From: a virus
IMG/VR virus record: IMGVR_UViG_3300024259_001888
Span: 20,336-84,335 of that record
Strand: one strand, 5' to 3'
Length of the DNA: 64,000 nt
The translations under genes were made by a program, and so were the position numbers. Below the pieces are notes generated by a model. That model saw nothing but the letters and a program-made list of their open reading frames with translations. It was not told the DNA's origin and made no database searches. Shown here piece after piece: positions 36,701-45,766 of the stretch (its first letter is position 1; every line of letters starts with the position of its first letter).

Positions 36701-39700
36701 CCTCAAATCTTCTATTCTGGTTTTATATTCCTTAATGAACCCAGAACCATCTTTAGCAAGCTTCTGCGACATCTTCAATAACTGCATGAAAGTCTCTGGA
36801 CTATCACGGTCAAACCACATGATTTCATCCCGTAACTCCTGAAGAGCTATCTTAAAATTTTTCAGCCCTGTTTGACTTCCTATTCCTTCAACCGCAGCAT
36901 TCCATTCCTTTAAAGTTCTTCCAGAAGCAAACATTCCAGCAGTGAGCTCAGTAAATGCATCAGCAGCATCGTATACAGTTTTCGAAGCATTTTTACTCTT
37001 TATATAAAATTCTGACCATATTTTAGCTAGTTGATCTGTTTGCCGCGCAGCTTTAGCATCTGATCTAGCTTTATAATTTCCAGCTTCAGCAAGATCCATT
37101 GTGATGCCATGAGCCTTCTTATATGCATCAATCTGCTCACCTACTGCGTCTCTATTTTTTTCTGTGGCTTCTGTTTGGTGTTCTAATGCTGCAATTTGTT
37201 TTGTTAATATTTCAACGGTTCTCTTATCCGTTGTCTTTTTACGGATATCCCAAAGATCCTGTAGTGCTTTCTGATATCCCTTGACTTGAGTTTGCAGGTC
37301 AATGTATTTTTGGCTTAATGAATCTAGGTTGTCATTCTTTACATCTATATTGAAAAAATCAAAAATCTTATCTAGCCAAGGTACGAGCTCTTTAAGTTTA
37401 TTCATAAGAGCATTCCAAGGTCTTGTCAAAAATCCAGCTTCCCAAATTAACAAGTTTTCAAACTTAACAAGTAATCCATACCAAGCCTGAAATTGAACCA
37501 TTACATCACTAACAAGTCCCGACAATTGTTGAAACAAGATATTTTTATCAAGGGCTTTTTGAAAAATAATTCCAATTTTTCCCCATACAGAAATTGTAGC
37601 CTTTCCATACTTAGTTAGGTTATTAACTTCAATTCCTATTTGCTTCATTTGATCAATTTGAGTTGTAAACTTTTGAGCCTCAACCATCCTCTTTTGAATA
37701 TCAATATATTCTTGTAACCCCTTTTTAATGTTCCCAAGTTCATTATTTAATTCAGATATTGAACTCACGTAAATTCCTGTGATATCAGCAGCTCTTTTAA
37801 CAGTTGCTTCATTAGCAATAGTAACTTCATTAATTTCTCTCAGTTTCAGCCTGAGATCATCCAAGTTATCTAAATACTTTTCATTTTCCGCAAGACTTTT
37901 TGCTTGCTTCTTTACTAATGCCGCAAACCTTTCTTCTGTCTTTGAAAGCCACATCACTAACTGGACTAATCCGGCAACTATAGCCAAGATAATTGTTGCT
38001 TTCATGGCAGCACCGAGACCAATAAAAGCCGCTTTCAATCCATTAATTGCTCTTGTAGTTAAAGAAGCTTTTTTTAGCATTGTAGCAGAACTATAAGTAA
38101 AATTATTCATACTGTTATATGATTTTTTTACCCTTTCAGAATATGTTTTCTGAACCTCGGCTGATTTCTTGAGAGCTTGAGTATTTGCGTGTGTTTTGCT
38201 CTTATTTGTTTCAAGTTCTTCACTGAACGTTCTAACTCTTTTAGCCAGCACAGTAAAAAGCTCTTTAACGAACGATAAAGTCTTATGAAAATTTCTCCAT
38301 GCAATTCCGGCTCCAACTATCAAAGCAGTAAATCCAGCAAATTTAATCATGAACCCTAAAAATCCACCAGTAGCAGAATTGACAGCTTTAAAGGCATCAC
38401 CTAAAAAATTCAATGTATCAATAACTGCTCTGATTACAACAGCAAGAGGCTCAAGCCCTGTTTTAATTAAGACTTCAATTTTCCCAAAAAGAATATCTGC
38501 CTGAGCAGCTATATTATCAAGCTGTAACTTTCTCATATTTTCGGAAGCATGAGCAGAAGTATTTCCTAATTCATCAATGTTTCCCTTCAGCTCTTCAAAA
38601 TTTTGAATAAGAACTAACAGAGGTTCAGTACCGCGAAGCCCCATTCGCGTAAATACTTCTCCAAGTTCTTCAACTGTCATAACTTGATCTTTAACTTTCT
38701 TACTTAATTCTTCTACAATCTCAAGAAAGTTAAGCGGCGCATTAAGGTCAAAACTTAAATTAAAAGCTTCCTTAAATGAAGCCGCTTCTTTAGTAATTCG
38801 ACTAAGAATAACCCTCATTCCTCGACCAGCAGCACCAGCTTTAATAAAGTGATCATGCAATGTAGCTAGGATACCAAGCTGTTGTGTTAAAGAAAGATTG
38901 GCTTGCATTGCTGACTGAGCCATAAATTTAAGACCATCACGAATCTGATCCATTTCAGCTTGGTGTTGATCAAATGTGGCAATAAGCAAATCATTGATAT
39001 GATTAAATTTTTCAGTTACATTCGTCGCCGTTACGAGATCCTTACTATAACCATCAAACGTTCGAGAAATATCTTTCATTTCTCCGTTCACTTTAACAAT
39101 GGAATCTCCAAAATTATTATAAACACCAGCCACTAAATTTGTGATCTGTTCCATGTTAGCTTCAGAACCAACCACATTGTCCATCGTGGGTTTTAAAGCA
39201 GCTAATGATTCATTAAGATCAAGACCTGCAGATCCTAACTGATAGAGCATTTCTCCTGTATCAGCAGCAACAGTTCCCATGCTTGCTCGCATTTCATTAA
39301 CGGCACCAGTAAGCTCATTATAGATCTGCTTTTGATCATGAAAATCAGAACGTACAGTTCTCATTGCTCTAGATACTGCCACTTGAGTATCTATTAATGC
39401 TTGAAACGCTTTTTTTAGTTGATCAATACTCCCAAAGATTAATACGAATCCGGCCATCCATGCAGCCTGACTCACAATCATATTAGCAAAGCCTTCTGCA
39501 CTGAGTCGACTCATTGCCCTATTTGCATCGCCAGTTTTATGAGTGGTTTGCTGTAATTTATTTTCAAGAGTTTGAAGATTAGCTGAAGCTTTATTTGCTT
39601 CAATGGAAAGCTTTGCAAGTTCTCTTTGCATGTGCTGAAAAGGTCTACTGGCGGGTTTCAGCAAAGCCATTCTGCGAGTTATGATTAAGATCTTTGAATC

Positions 39701-41311
39701 AAAGGCGGCAAGCCTTTCTCTTGCTAAATCAACTTCGGAACTTATAGCTGCAACAGAATTTCCCATATACTTAGAAGCTATAGCAAGTTCTTTTTCTTTT
39801 GCAGTTACAGAAGTAATTGTAGCCTGAAGCTCTTTAAGTTGAGCATCTACAAAGTCAATAGCATTGTCTATTATCATGAAGCTTTTAGCTGCTGCTGAAG
39901 CATGCTTCGCCAATTTCGTAAAACCGTGTCCAGCCGTACTTAAAATTACATTTGCTGATTGAAGAGTTTTGTTAGCATACTCATTAACTTCTGCAAAAGA
40001 GATTACTCCTCTTCTAGCTAACGCAAGAGCTTCTTGAAATTGACCATAATGCTTTTCAAGTTTCTGTATTGAAACAGCAGATTTATCTAAAACAGCTTGT
40101 TGTGCTGAAAATCCCTTTGCAGAATTTGCCCAAGCTTCTTCTTGAACATGTTGATATGAAAGCAGATGCTTCTCCATTGACTTAAGAGATTCAGTCTGCA
40201 TTCCTTCAAGTTTTTCATAATCAACTCCAACTTCTTTAAGCCGAGCCTTAATCTTTTCAATAGTTTTACTGACATCCTTTTCAAGACTGCTAAAGGCAGT
40301 CTTTCCAGAAGAGGTGCCAAGCTCATTCATTGCTCGAGTAATCTGCTCTTTAAGAGCCTTATACTCATTAGCAATTTTTCTCAAATTAGTATTATTTAAT
40401 TGATCAGTATTTTTAATTGCATCCTTAAGACGCAGATCAACTTCGCCGACAGATCTTGCCACTTCATAAAACTGATTACGAACATTCTTTACTTTCGCAA
40501 AAGAAGTGTTCATCGTTTGAGCACTACTCTTTATTTTATTGATTTCTTCACGAACTCTGCGAAATTCAAGAATAAGTTTTTTAGGAACAGCTATGGAAGA
40601 AGCAAGTTTGTCACCGGTAATTTTCCGAAAAGAAATAACCAGTTTTTCCAATTCTTTATTGAATTCACGAGAACTCCGAATTCCTTTTTCAAAATTGGAA
40701 AACCCTTTAAATTCAGATAAAGTCTGAATGTCTCGTAATGATGCTTCGAGACGATTAGTGACTTTAATAACTTTTTGAGCATTCGTGGTTACTTCAAGAT
40801 AGCGACTGGCGAGTTTTCGGAGGGCCGAAGTTGTATATTCAATTTTTGAAGTCTGCTGACTCATTGTTTCCTGACTGGAAACAACTTTCGCCACAGCAGA
40901 TGCTGTCTCTTTTAGTAAAGTATTGTATTCTTTAATAGCAACAATACCCTTCTTAATGGCCGCCTCCGATTCTAAGCTACCTCTGGCAAGACCTTTCTGA
41001 GTATCCTTTACCAGCTTCACCTGCCTGATGAGGTCAGCATAGGCATCAGAAATAACCTTAATACCCTTCTGGATGTTATTCGTGGATGTGCCTTTGCCAA
41101 GCCCACCCATGGATGCAGCCAGATCATTGAGCTCTTTCTTCAGCCGAATCGTTTCTTTGGAGACTTCTGCAAAGCCAGAGTTAATACCTTTCACGGCCTT
41201 TTCGGTTGCAGAATGTATCTTTTCGATTTGGCCTTTTATCTTTTTGGCTTCAGAGTTATTTGTTTCAGCTCTTAACCGCATGATAAGTTCTAGATATTTA
41301 TCGTCTGCCAT
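33770..41311 (-). CDS. Tape measure protein (TP901-type core), 2513 aa
   Basis: Long coiled-coil; YQLGSAGL...AGRGMRVILSRI core; hydrophobic segments; C-terminal F/Y..GG repeats; follows the chaperone genes. Confidence 0.92.
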   Translation of the reverse strand: MADDKYLELIMRLRAETNNSEAKKIKGQIEKIHSATEKAVKGINSGFAEVSKETIRLKKELNDLAASMGGLGKGTSTNNIQKGIKVISDAYADLIRQVKLVKDTQKGLARGSLESEAAIKKGIVAIKEYNTLLKETASAVAKVVSSQETMSQQTSKIEYTTSALRKLASRYLEVTTNAQKVIKVTNRLEASLRDIQTLSEFKGFSNFEKGIRSSREFNKELEKLVISFRKITGDKLASSIAVPKKLILEFRRVREEINKIKSSAQTMNTSFAKVKNVRNQFYEVARSVGEVDLRLKDAIKNTDQLNNTNLRKIANEYKALKEQITRAMNELGTSSGKTAFSSLEKDVSKTIEKIKARLKEVGVDYEKLEGMQTESLKSMEKHLLSYQHVQEEAWANSAKGFSAQQAVLDKSAVSIQKLEKHYGQFQEALALARRGVISFAEVNEYANKTLQSANVILSTAGHGFTKLAKHASAAAKSFMIIDNAIDFVDAQLKELQATITSVTAKEKELAIASKYMGNSVAAISSEVDLARERLAAFDSKILIITRRMALLKPASRPFQHMQRELAKLSIEANKASANLQTLENKLQQTTHKTGDANRAMSRLSAEGFANMIVSQAAWMAGFVLIFGSIDQLKKAFQALIDTQVAVSRAMRTVRSDFHDQKQIYNELTGAVNEMRASMGTVAADTGEMLYQLGSAGLDLNESLAALKPTMDNVVGSEANMEQITNLVAGVYNNFGDSIVKVNGEMKDISRTFDGYSKDLVTATNVTEKFNHINDLLIATFDQHQAEMDQIRDGLKFMAQSAMQANLSLTQQLGILATLHDHFIKAGAAGRGMRVILSRITKEAASFKEAFNLSFDLNAPLNFLEIVEELSKKVKDQVMTVEELGEVFTRMGLRGTEPLLVLIQNFEELKGNIDELGNTSAHASENMRKLQLDNIAAQADILFGKIEVLIKTGLEPLAVVIRAVIDTLNFLGDAFKAVNSATGGFLGFMIKFAGFTALIVGAGIAWRNFHKTLSFVKELFTVLAKRVRTFSEELETNKSKTHANTQALKKSAEVQKTYSERVKKSYNSMNNFTYSSATMLKKASLTTRAINGLKAAFIGLGAAMKATIILAIVAGLVQLVMWLSKTEERFAALVKKQAKSLAENEKYLDNLDDLRLKLREINEVTIANEATVKRAADITGIYVSSISELNNELGNIKKGLQEYIDIQKRMVEAQKFTTQIDQMKQIGIEVNNLTKYGKATISVWGKIGIIFQKALDKNILFQQLSGLVSDVMVQFQAWYGLLVKFENLLIWEAGFLTRPWNALMNKLKELVPWLDKIFDFFNIDVKNDNLDSLSQKYIDLQTQVKGYQKALQDLWDIRKKTTDKRTVEILTKQIAALEHQTEATEKNRDAVGEQIDAYKKAHGITMDLAEAGNYKARSDAKAARQTDQLAKIWSEFYIKSKNASKTVYDAADAFTELTAGMFASGRTLKEWNAAVEGIGSQTGLKNFKIALQELRDEIMWFDRDSPETFMQLLKMSQKLAKDGSGFIKEYKTRIEDLRKEIKGLRDDLYGYKMDQFNTSIQDSSDRMNNLKSQFANLGSAAKKSGEDTSASMHLVGKSMDGISISMSSAASATDKSNKMTREQRKLMNEMLFVQTDIIEKTYKQRSAIEEQIKVKGQEAQAYGKSVAGMEASKTAYGEQLTIMAAARQAIFAERDAIKERIKIEEDLHRITSAQAIRERTEADIDAQNKLNKLAIDRKGVEEIRIKTTMDLIAAKEKQMKEEQAGLEALKILLADLVLLINQMVVSLGLKGLPEEAQRARDIIENAITPPVDVDVQYPDIDQNTAEARAIMDRTIGKDSEPLYTKIDIDVTESIRRTESELEKARQEIEIQSKSWFQKLLDYFTFIKIVPKIDEKKIFDQHERIDNAIKRWWNSILDFFKREPAKPKIDVDNSEFAGAEEAADKFRRTTEEANRALELTELVLRDVNTAVDDLHRKTDGKPIIDTKPTEDGVEKINEAVKEVRRQIQTKVKFETDGTQTIGTFKDVMVKVDETGIKFSTMTSTMIEVDKKAKQKMGDTPIEIEANTKKAKFTVEKFRDATQEEIVSLGLETNTEKIQAQMDEWRKKEEEGSPVGIPTKAVIDEANRDLEVLRKDQKEIPITIPTETNVEKVRKEIKEFKDGIENKDFIKIGLAIAIAEAEADVSAWAEKVNEHTRARVEIDAKVTKAQERVDRLKKELEKDPANVELRLLYEWAQKDLEKWKRKAAAPESAIEIQAKIELEKAKERLELWRKELEKEKDPILMSIDANTTKVDGKILKLNDDIQKTVKKNVDDKEIVAAQALAKKLNQDLAKKIIKEVQIKVTGDEAPGSYRGGLIQKFTSGGYVPARVTHGEGFIPPDVAQRNIAALTRLNNGGTTSAVPANMGTFVGAKGVDRISTYLPTGSYVLSKKGMEAYERSVDQGAQTFQSGGEVQADAQSTTPPPVGVQDKEQSFGTLTIVVEKEGSRNEYPVTGEVSVIKGLREELEQERLTRLH

Positions 41312-41323
41312 TGCAGGAGTCTC

Positions 41324-41800
41324 CTATTTTTTTTCTTCAGGCTGCATTTCGTTGCTTGCTGCATTACGTTCATTAACAACAAAATTCCTTACTTCGAAAT
41401 AAAACATACTTTCGTCAAGCAGTGTGTTTGCGGTTGGCAGCTTTCCCGTTGATTCTGACCAATCTACAAGATTGAGATACCACATTGCCCTTGGACTTAT
41501 CATTGACTTGGGGCAACCGGGGGTGCGATACTTGCCGAGGATGAACTCTGCCTTCTTCGCCCACCGTACCTTACCCCCACATATGGGACAATTAAAGCGC
41601 GAGCCGTCAAGAGCCATCTCGACGCTCTCAAACGGTATGTCCCCACACTTTGCACACTGACCCGGCTTACCCCATCCACAATTACGGTCCTCTTTAAGCT
41701 TTCCGGTTTTTTCACATACGGTACAATCAAAAGTTTTCACGCCCTTAATGTACTGAAGAGCTACGCTCCACCTTACGGCTAAACGTAACTCCTCAATCAG
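41324..41800 (-). CDS. Tail assembly chaperone 'T' frame with Zn-ribbon motifs
   Basis: Frame open from ~41806 (LIEELRLAVRW...); track start GTG 41740. CTVC, CAKC, CPIC and GCP motifs. Confidence 0.6.
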   Translation of the reverse strand: MIEELRLAVRWSVALQYIKGVKTFDCTVCEKTGKLKEDRNCGWGKPGQCAKCGDIPFESVEMALDGSRFNCPICGGKVRWAKKAEFILGKYRTPGCPKSMISPRAMWYLNLVDWSESTGKLPTANTLLDESMFYFEVRNFVVNERNAASNEMQPEEKK

Positions 41801-42208
41801 TCCTGGTCAGGTGTACTCGATCCACGGATAAAGTCGGCAATCTCACCTCTCTGCTCAGGCGCAATCTTGTTCAGGTTGCGATCCATGATGGTTTGGGTCT
41901 TTTGTTTGCTCAGTCCGTGCGGAACATCTTCCCAATCAACCGGCGTTTCTTCGTCATAATTAAAATTTTTCCAGCCAACGAGCCCTTTTCGAAGTATTTC
42001 AACTTCTTGAGTACCGGCACGGAGGAGTTCTTCTCGTTTGTTGCCAAACCCTTTGGCGGTATACACCTGATCTGTGATCTGGGCCGACAGGTTGACATCA
42101 AGGAACTTGCAGAGAAAGACTGTTCGTTCTTCCTGCGGGACATCATCCTGCCCTTTGGGTTCAAACTCTTGCACTCTGTCCGGTCGTAGTCCATAAATCT
42201 TTGCCATG
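41797..42208 (-). CDS. Tail assembly chaperone 'G'
   Basis: ATG at 42208 with AAGGAG RBS; 'GLVGWKNF' motif; lies between tail tube and TMP. Confidence 0.75.
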
Positions 42209-42369
42209 CTAAAATCTCCTTTCAAACCAAATGAAGAGAATAAATAATTTAAAATACTTGCTGCATCACGTTTCCACACCCTACTGAGTTTCTTATACAA
42301 CCTGTATATCGTTGGAGTAATAAACCCTTGGGTAAAAATGATCCACTCCAAAAACACACAAACTCTGTA

Positions 42370-42377
42370 TGTATAAT
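42370..42377 (+). promoter_or_regulatory. Perfect TATAAT -10 (TG immediately upstream), antisense to the tail operon
   Basis: TGTATAAT at 42370-42377 in the 300-nt gap between the tube and chaperone genes; no clear -35. Confidence 0.35.
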
Positions 42378-42467
42378 GAACCATTGCTACATGCGGAGTC
42401 CAAAACAATGTTACTATGCTTTTGTAAATCGAATTAACCACAATCCTACCTTTCTAATGAAGAGGAT

Positions 42468-42504
42468 AGGGAGGAGGGGGTTTAAGTACCTCCTCCCTTT
42501 TATT
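42468..42504 (+). terminator. Rho-independent terminator-like hairpin (plus strand)
   Basis: AGGGAGGAGG-loop-CCTCCTCCCT followed by a T-tract (TTTTATT) on the plus strand only. Confidence 0.6.
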
Positions 42505-42521
42505 GGTGGCTTGGCTAACTC

Positions 42522-44504
42522 TTACACATACGGAACATTTGAAACAATGGTTATTCTCAGTTCCGGAATGTTATTTGTATCATCCCACAAAGCAGTATAG
42601 GGAAAATCCGTAAGAATAATGCTCTTGTCTGCATTGGTGGGGGTGGTTCCGTTGAACTCAATGGCCGGTTGTCGCACAACCATGGAGTACTGCGAAGCAC
42701 TGTTCCCGAGTGCCGTGGTGGCGATGTAATCACTGGAGGTAAAAGTCATCTCCAAATTCATAGCTACGCCATTGATAAACTTGCGATACAGATCCAAGTT
42801 ATCAAACTCGACATTGACCGATCCTTCAATGGTCCTGTCCTGTTCCGGCAGCTTGGCTCTTGTTCTGTAGCCAAGGTGGTACTTGTCTCCATAGAGGTTA
42901 TTGTTGAGGGTGGCATTCCAGCCCATAATATCAGACGTGGCACCATCCAGTGTGAGAACGCCTTCAAACCCAGAGAAAGCATTAATGGTCGGGTAAGAGG
43001 CAGTTGTAGAACCCTTGATCGTTTCGAAATACCATTCGTCATCAAGGATCAACGCCGTGTCATCCGGGAAGAAGACGGTAAAGCCCGAATCAACATTCGC
43101 ACCTGTACGAACTTCAGACGGCAGCGTGGCAGATGTGACTGTAGTATTTGCATAAGATCCGGCAGCAGTTTTCTTGAACTGGAGTACAGCGGTTCCGGGA
43201 ACTCCTCCGGTTGTAACCTTCACATAGAAGCGGACAGAATCACCTTCGTCCGAACCGATGTAATCACCCCATGTTACAGGGATGGAAGGAATACTTGCTT
43301 GAGTATAGTTAAAGATAACATATGTTGTCGGTGTGATGTCCGTGGCGGTGATTGTTTTCAGGTCGGTGGTATTTGTGTTTGGCGAAGCATGATCGTTAAT
43401 CTGGCAGTCAATGTATGACAGATCATCCAGATAGTCAACGAGACCACCAAGCTTCTGCAAATTATAAACCGTTCCTGTGGACGGATCAACAAAAGGCTCG
43501 CTCAGATTATGAAGGATATCTTCCGATGTTCCATCAATCGCAAGAGCAATCGTTTGTGCCGTATTATCAATCGCCAATGTTGCAGTGGACTGTTCCCCAA
43601 TATACCGGACCCTAAAAGCATTCTTCTCGTTCCCGGTATTAGTGGAGGTTGCAACGGGGGTTCCAGCGGTGGTCGCCCCCTTCGCCATGAAGGCGAAATT
43701 GCCCATGAAGAAATCACCCGTTTCTGCGGTAAGCTCCATGGTATCGATCTTTGATCCAGCGTATATAAAGGCTGCAATGTCTCGGCCCATTTCAATGGAA
43801 AGGCCGGAAGGCAGTCTCGCTCCCCCCTGAATCTGGTGCGAATAAACGCCCCATTCGGCACTAACTACCCATCGCCGGTTGGGAACACTTAACAGGTCAA
43901 TGGTGGCAAGTTCTTCCAGACAGTTACTATCATCTGATGCTAACAGATAATCGCTGGCATGAATCGTTGTTTGCAATGTACCTTGCGTCAATTGGTACGG
44001 GCTGTATGCAGCGAGATTTGCATGAGCATTAATCGCTGTCATCACTTCTCCAATCGTATCATACGACGGATCAGTGAGATCCAATGTGAGTGTCGCTCCT
44101 ACAGCAAGGGTCACCGACAATTCAGTGGCAACTCCGGCTGTATGAGTAATTACAAGATCACATTGTGTTTCTGCTGGATTGGTACTTTCCAGCACAAAGG
44201 CCGTATCTAACCTTGTGGTGGTCACATCTCCGAGAGCATGCTTAAACCATGTTTCAAAACCTCTCGGGGAAACCTCAACTTCAGTAGGACCACCCGCAGA
44301 TTCAACACCAGTTGTTCGTTTATGAGTAGCTCGATCCGCACGAAGAGCACCTGAAACCAAAGTTCCGATCTCGGAAACGACACCTTCACTATTGATTTCA
44401 ACAAAGTTATCGGGGGTCTGTTGCTGCGACCCCCAACCACCTTCTTCGGCGAAACCTAACTGCCCTCTAGCTCCAATTGCTGGCCCAACATAAAGAGCAC
44501 ACAT
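42522..44504 (-). CDS. Major tail tube protein with large inserted domains
   Basis: GQLGFAEEGGWG, LPSGLSIEMGR, RTIEGSVNVEFD motifs (Phage_tube_2-like); ATG 44504 has an AGGAGGTG RBS. Confidence 0.8.
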   Translation of the reverse strand: MCALYVGPAIGARGQLGFAEEGGWGSQQQTPDNFVEINSEGVVSEIGTLVSGALRADRATHKRTTGVESAGGPTEVEVSPRGFETWFKHALGDVTTTRLDTAFVLESTNPAETQCDLVITHTAGVATELSVTLAVGATLTLDLTDPSYDTIGEVMTAINAHANLAAYSPYQLTQGTLQTTIHASDYLLASDDSNCLEELATIDLLSVPNRRWVVSAEWGVYSHQIQGGARLPSGLSIEMGRDIAAFIYAGSKIDTMELTAETGDFFMGNFAFMAKGATTAGTPVATSTNTGNEKNAFRVRYIGEQSTATLAIDNTAQTIALAIDGTSEDILHNLSEPFVDPSTGTVYNLQKLGGLVDYLDDLSYIDCQINDHASPNTNTTDLKTITATDITPTTYVIFNYTQASIPSIPVTWGDYIGSDEGDSVRFYVKVTTGGVPGTAVLQFKKTAAGSYANTTVTSATLPSEVRTGANVDSGFTVFFPDDTALILDDEWYFETIKGSTTASYPTINAFSGFEGVLTLDGATSDIMGWNATLNNNLYGDKYHLGYRTRAKLPEQDRTIEGSVNVEFDNLDLYRKFINGVAMNLEMTFTSSDYIATTALGNSASQYSMVVRQPAIEFNGTTPTNADKSIILTDFPYTALWDDTNNIPELRITIVSNVPYV

Positions 44505-44605
44505 ATAAACTACACCTCCTTCCTTAAATAGGGAAATCATCTATTGTCACGTTAGCGTTTCTTACCAGAACATAGAAAGACCTACCATCTCCCTATACTC
44601 AGCGC

Positions 44606-45076
44606 TTAAAGATTAGAAGTATATAACTTCTTGGCTAAGATGTTTATCGCTCCACCGGCCAATAACCGAGTTCCCTTTTGTTGAACTCCCCATCTGGTAC
44701 TGAGAATCTCCATCCCTAACTTAGGAACAAACCCGTTCAAGGTGATGTTACGTTTTAGCAAATCTGAAATTTCCCACAAAACATAGGTAATCTCATTACG
44801 TTTTGTTTCTTCAGTCAGGTCTTCTTCATAATACCTGACCTCAATGTTAAGGTGAATAGTATACCGGATCCTTGTCAGATTTTGAGATGCTCTCATCTCA
44901 TCCTTAGATCCGTTAATAAGAACTACAAAACAAGGGCAAATCGGATTAAGCACATCTTCTGTGTAATAATTCCTAATCTCCCTGTTATTTTCTTTCGTGA
45001 ACTTTTTGAGAACAACAATAGTATTTTCCACTGCATCTACAAAATAGTTGTTTTCTCCCCGAAAGCTTTTAGCCAT
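44606..45076 (-). CDS. Tail terminator/completion protein
   Basis: 'PCFVV...I.LNIEVRY...DLLKRNITLNG' pattern; canonical position before the tube gene. Confidence 0.6.
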   Translation of the reverse strand: MAKSFRGENNYFVDAVENTIVVLKKFTKENNREIRNYYTEDVLNPICPCFVVLINGSKDEMRASQNLTRIRYTIHLNIEVRYYEEDLTEETKRNEITYVLWEISDLLKRNITLNGFVPKLGMEILSTRWGVQQKGTRLLAGGAINILAKKLYTSNL

Positions 45077-45080
45077 TATC

Positions 45081-45764
45081 CTATCTCCTAAAAAACTTTC
45101 CGATAAGCTTTCTTACATTAACGATAATCTTATTGCCTAACATGGCAGCACTACTAGGAGTGCCTACTTCACGTTGAATTTGACGCCATGCCGCTTCTCC
45201 TAATGAATTAAGCAACTGTTCTTCTCTACCTTCATCAAGAGAAAGATAACCATCATCTGGAATAATTCCTTTCCCTATAAGATAATCCTGAAATATTCTT
45301 GGATACTCATTAGCAAATTCATCAGCATTAATCTTATAAGAAAATGATCCGTTCTGCACAACTCCACGACCAGCTAAATGAGTGCCAACAGCCATCGTCA
45401 CCCCAGGTTCTCGTGAATCACTGTAATCTTTAATAAATGTTCCAGTTCGATCACCTAACTGATGTGAATCATTCACTTCTGAAAAAGTGCCATTGTATGT
45501 TTCAACAAGACCACTCCATTCACCACCTCGGACACCTTCGCCACCAGCACCAGATCTTTTCCTTGCAGCTTTTCTCCATTTATAAGTTGCTGGAGCAACA
45601 GAGTGAGAACCAATTTCAGCAGCTCTAGTAGAAGCAAGCTGCCGAAGTTCTTTTTCGATTTCAAACCAAATGCTAGGTGGGAAGCTGCCAAGCTTCTTGA
45701 GAATATGATTCCCAATATTAGCATCCTTCGCATTATATATAACTTCTAATTTCGCCCCTAACAT
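45081..45764 (-). CDS. Neck/tail-completion protein (morphogenesis protein-like)
   Basis: 'VAPATYKWRK...LGDRTG' pattern; position in the neck module. Confidence 0.55.
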   Translation of the reverse strand: MLGAKLEVIYNAKDANIGNHILKKLGSFPPSIWFEIEKELRQLASTRAAEIGSHSVAPATYKWRKAARKRSGAGGEGVRGGEWSGLVETYNGTFSEVNDSHQLGDRTGTFIKDYSDSREPGVTMAVGTHLAGRGVVQNGSFSYKINADEFANEYPRIFQDYLIGKGIIPDDGYLSLDEGREEQLLNSLGEAAWRQIQREVGTPSSAAMLGNKIIVNVRKLIGKFFRR

Positions 45765-45766
45765 GA

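Noticed and set aside
42209-42441. 78-codon N-terminal extension of the tail chaperone given in the ORF track
   Set aside because: A strong AAGGAG RBS precedes ATG 42208, and the extension looks like non-coding regulatory sequence.
42522-44540. Contractile tail sheath
   Set aside because: The size is sheath-like, but the motifs at both ends match tail-tube proteins. No separate tube gene follows it before the chaperones, and no baseplate J-like gene was recognised.
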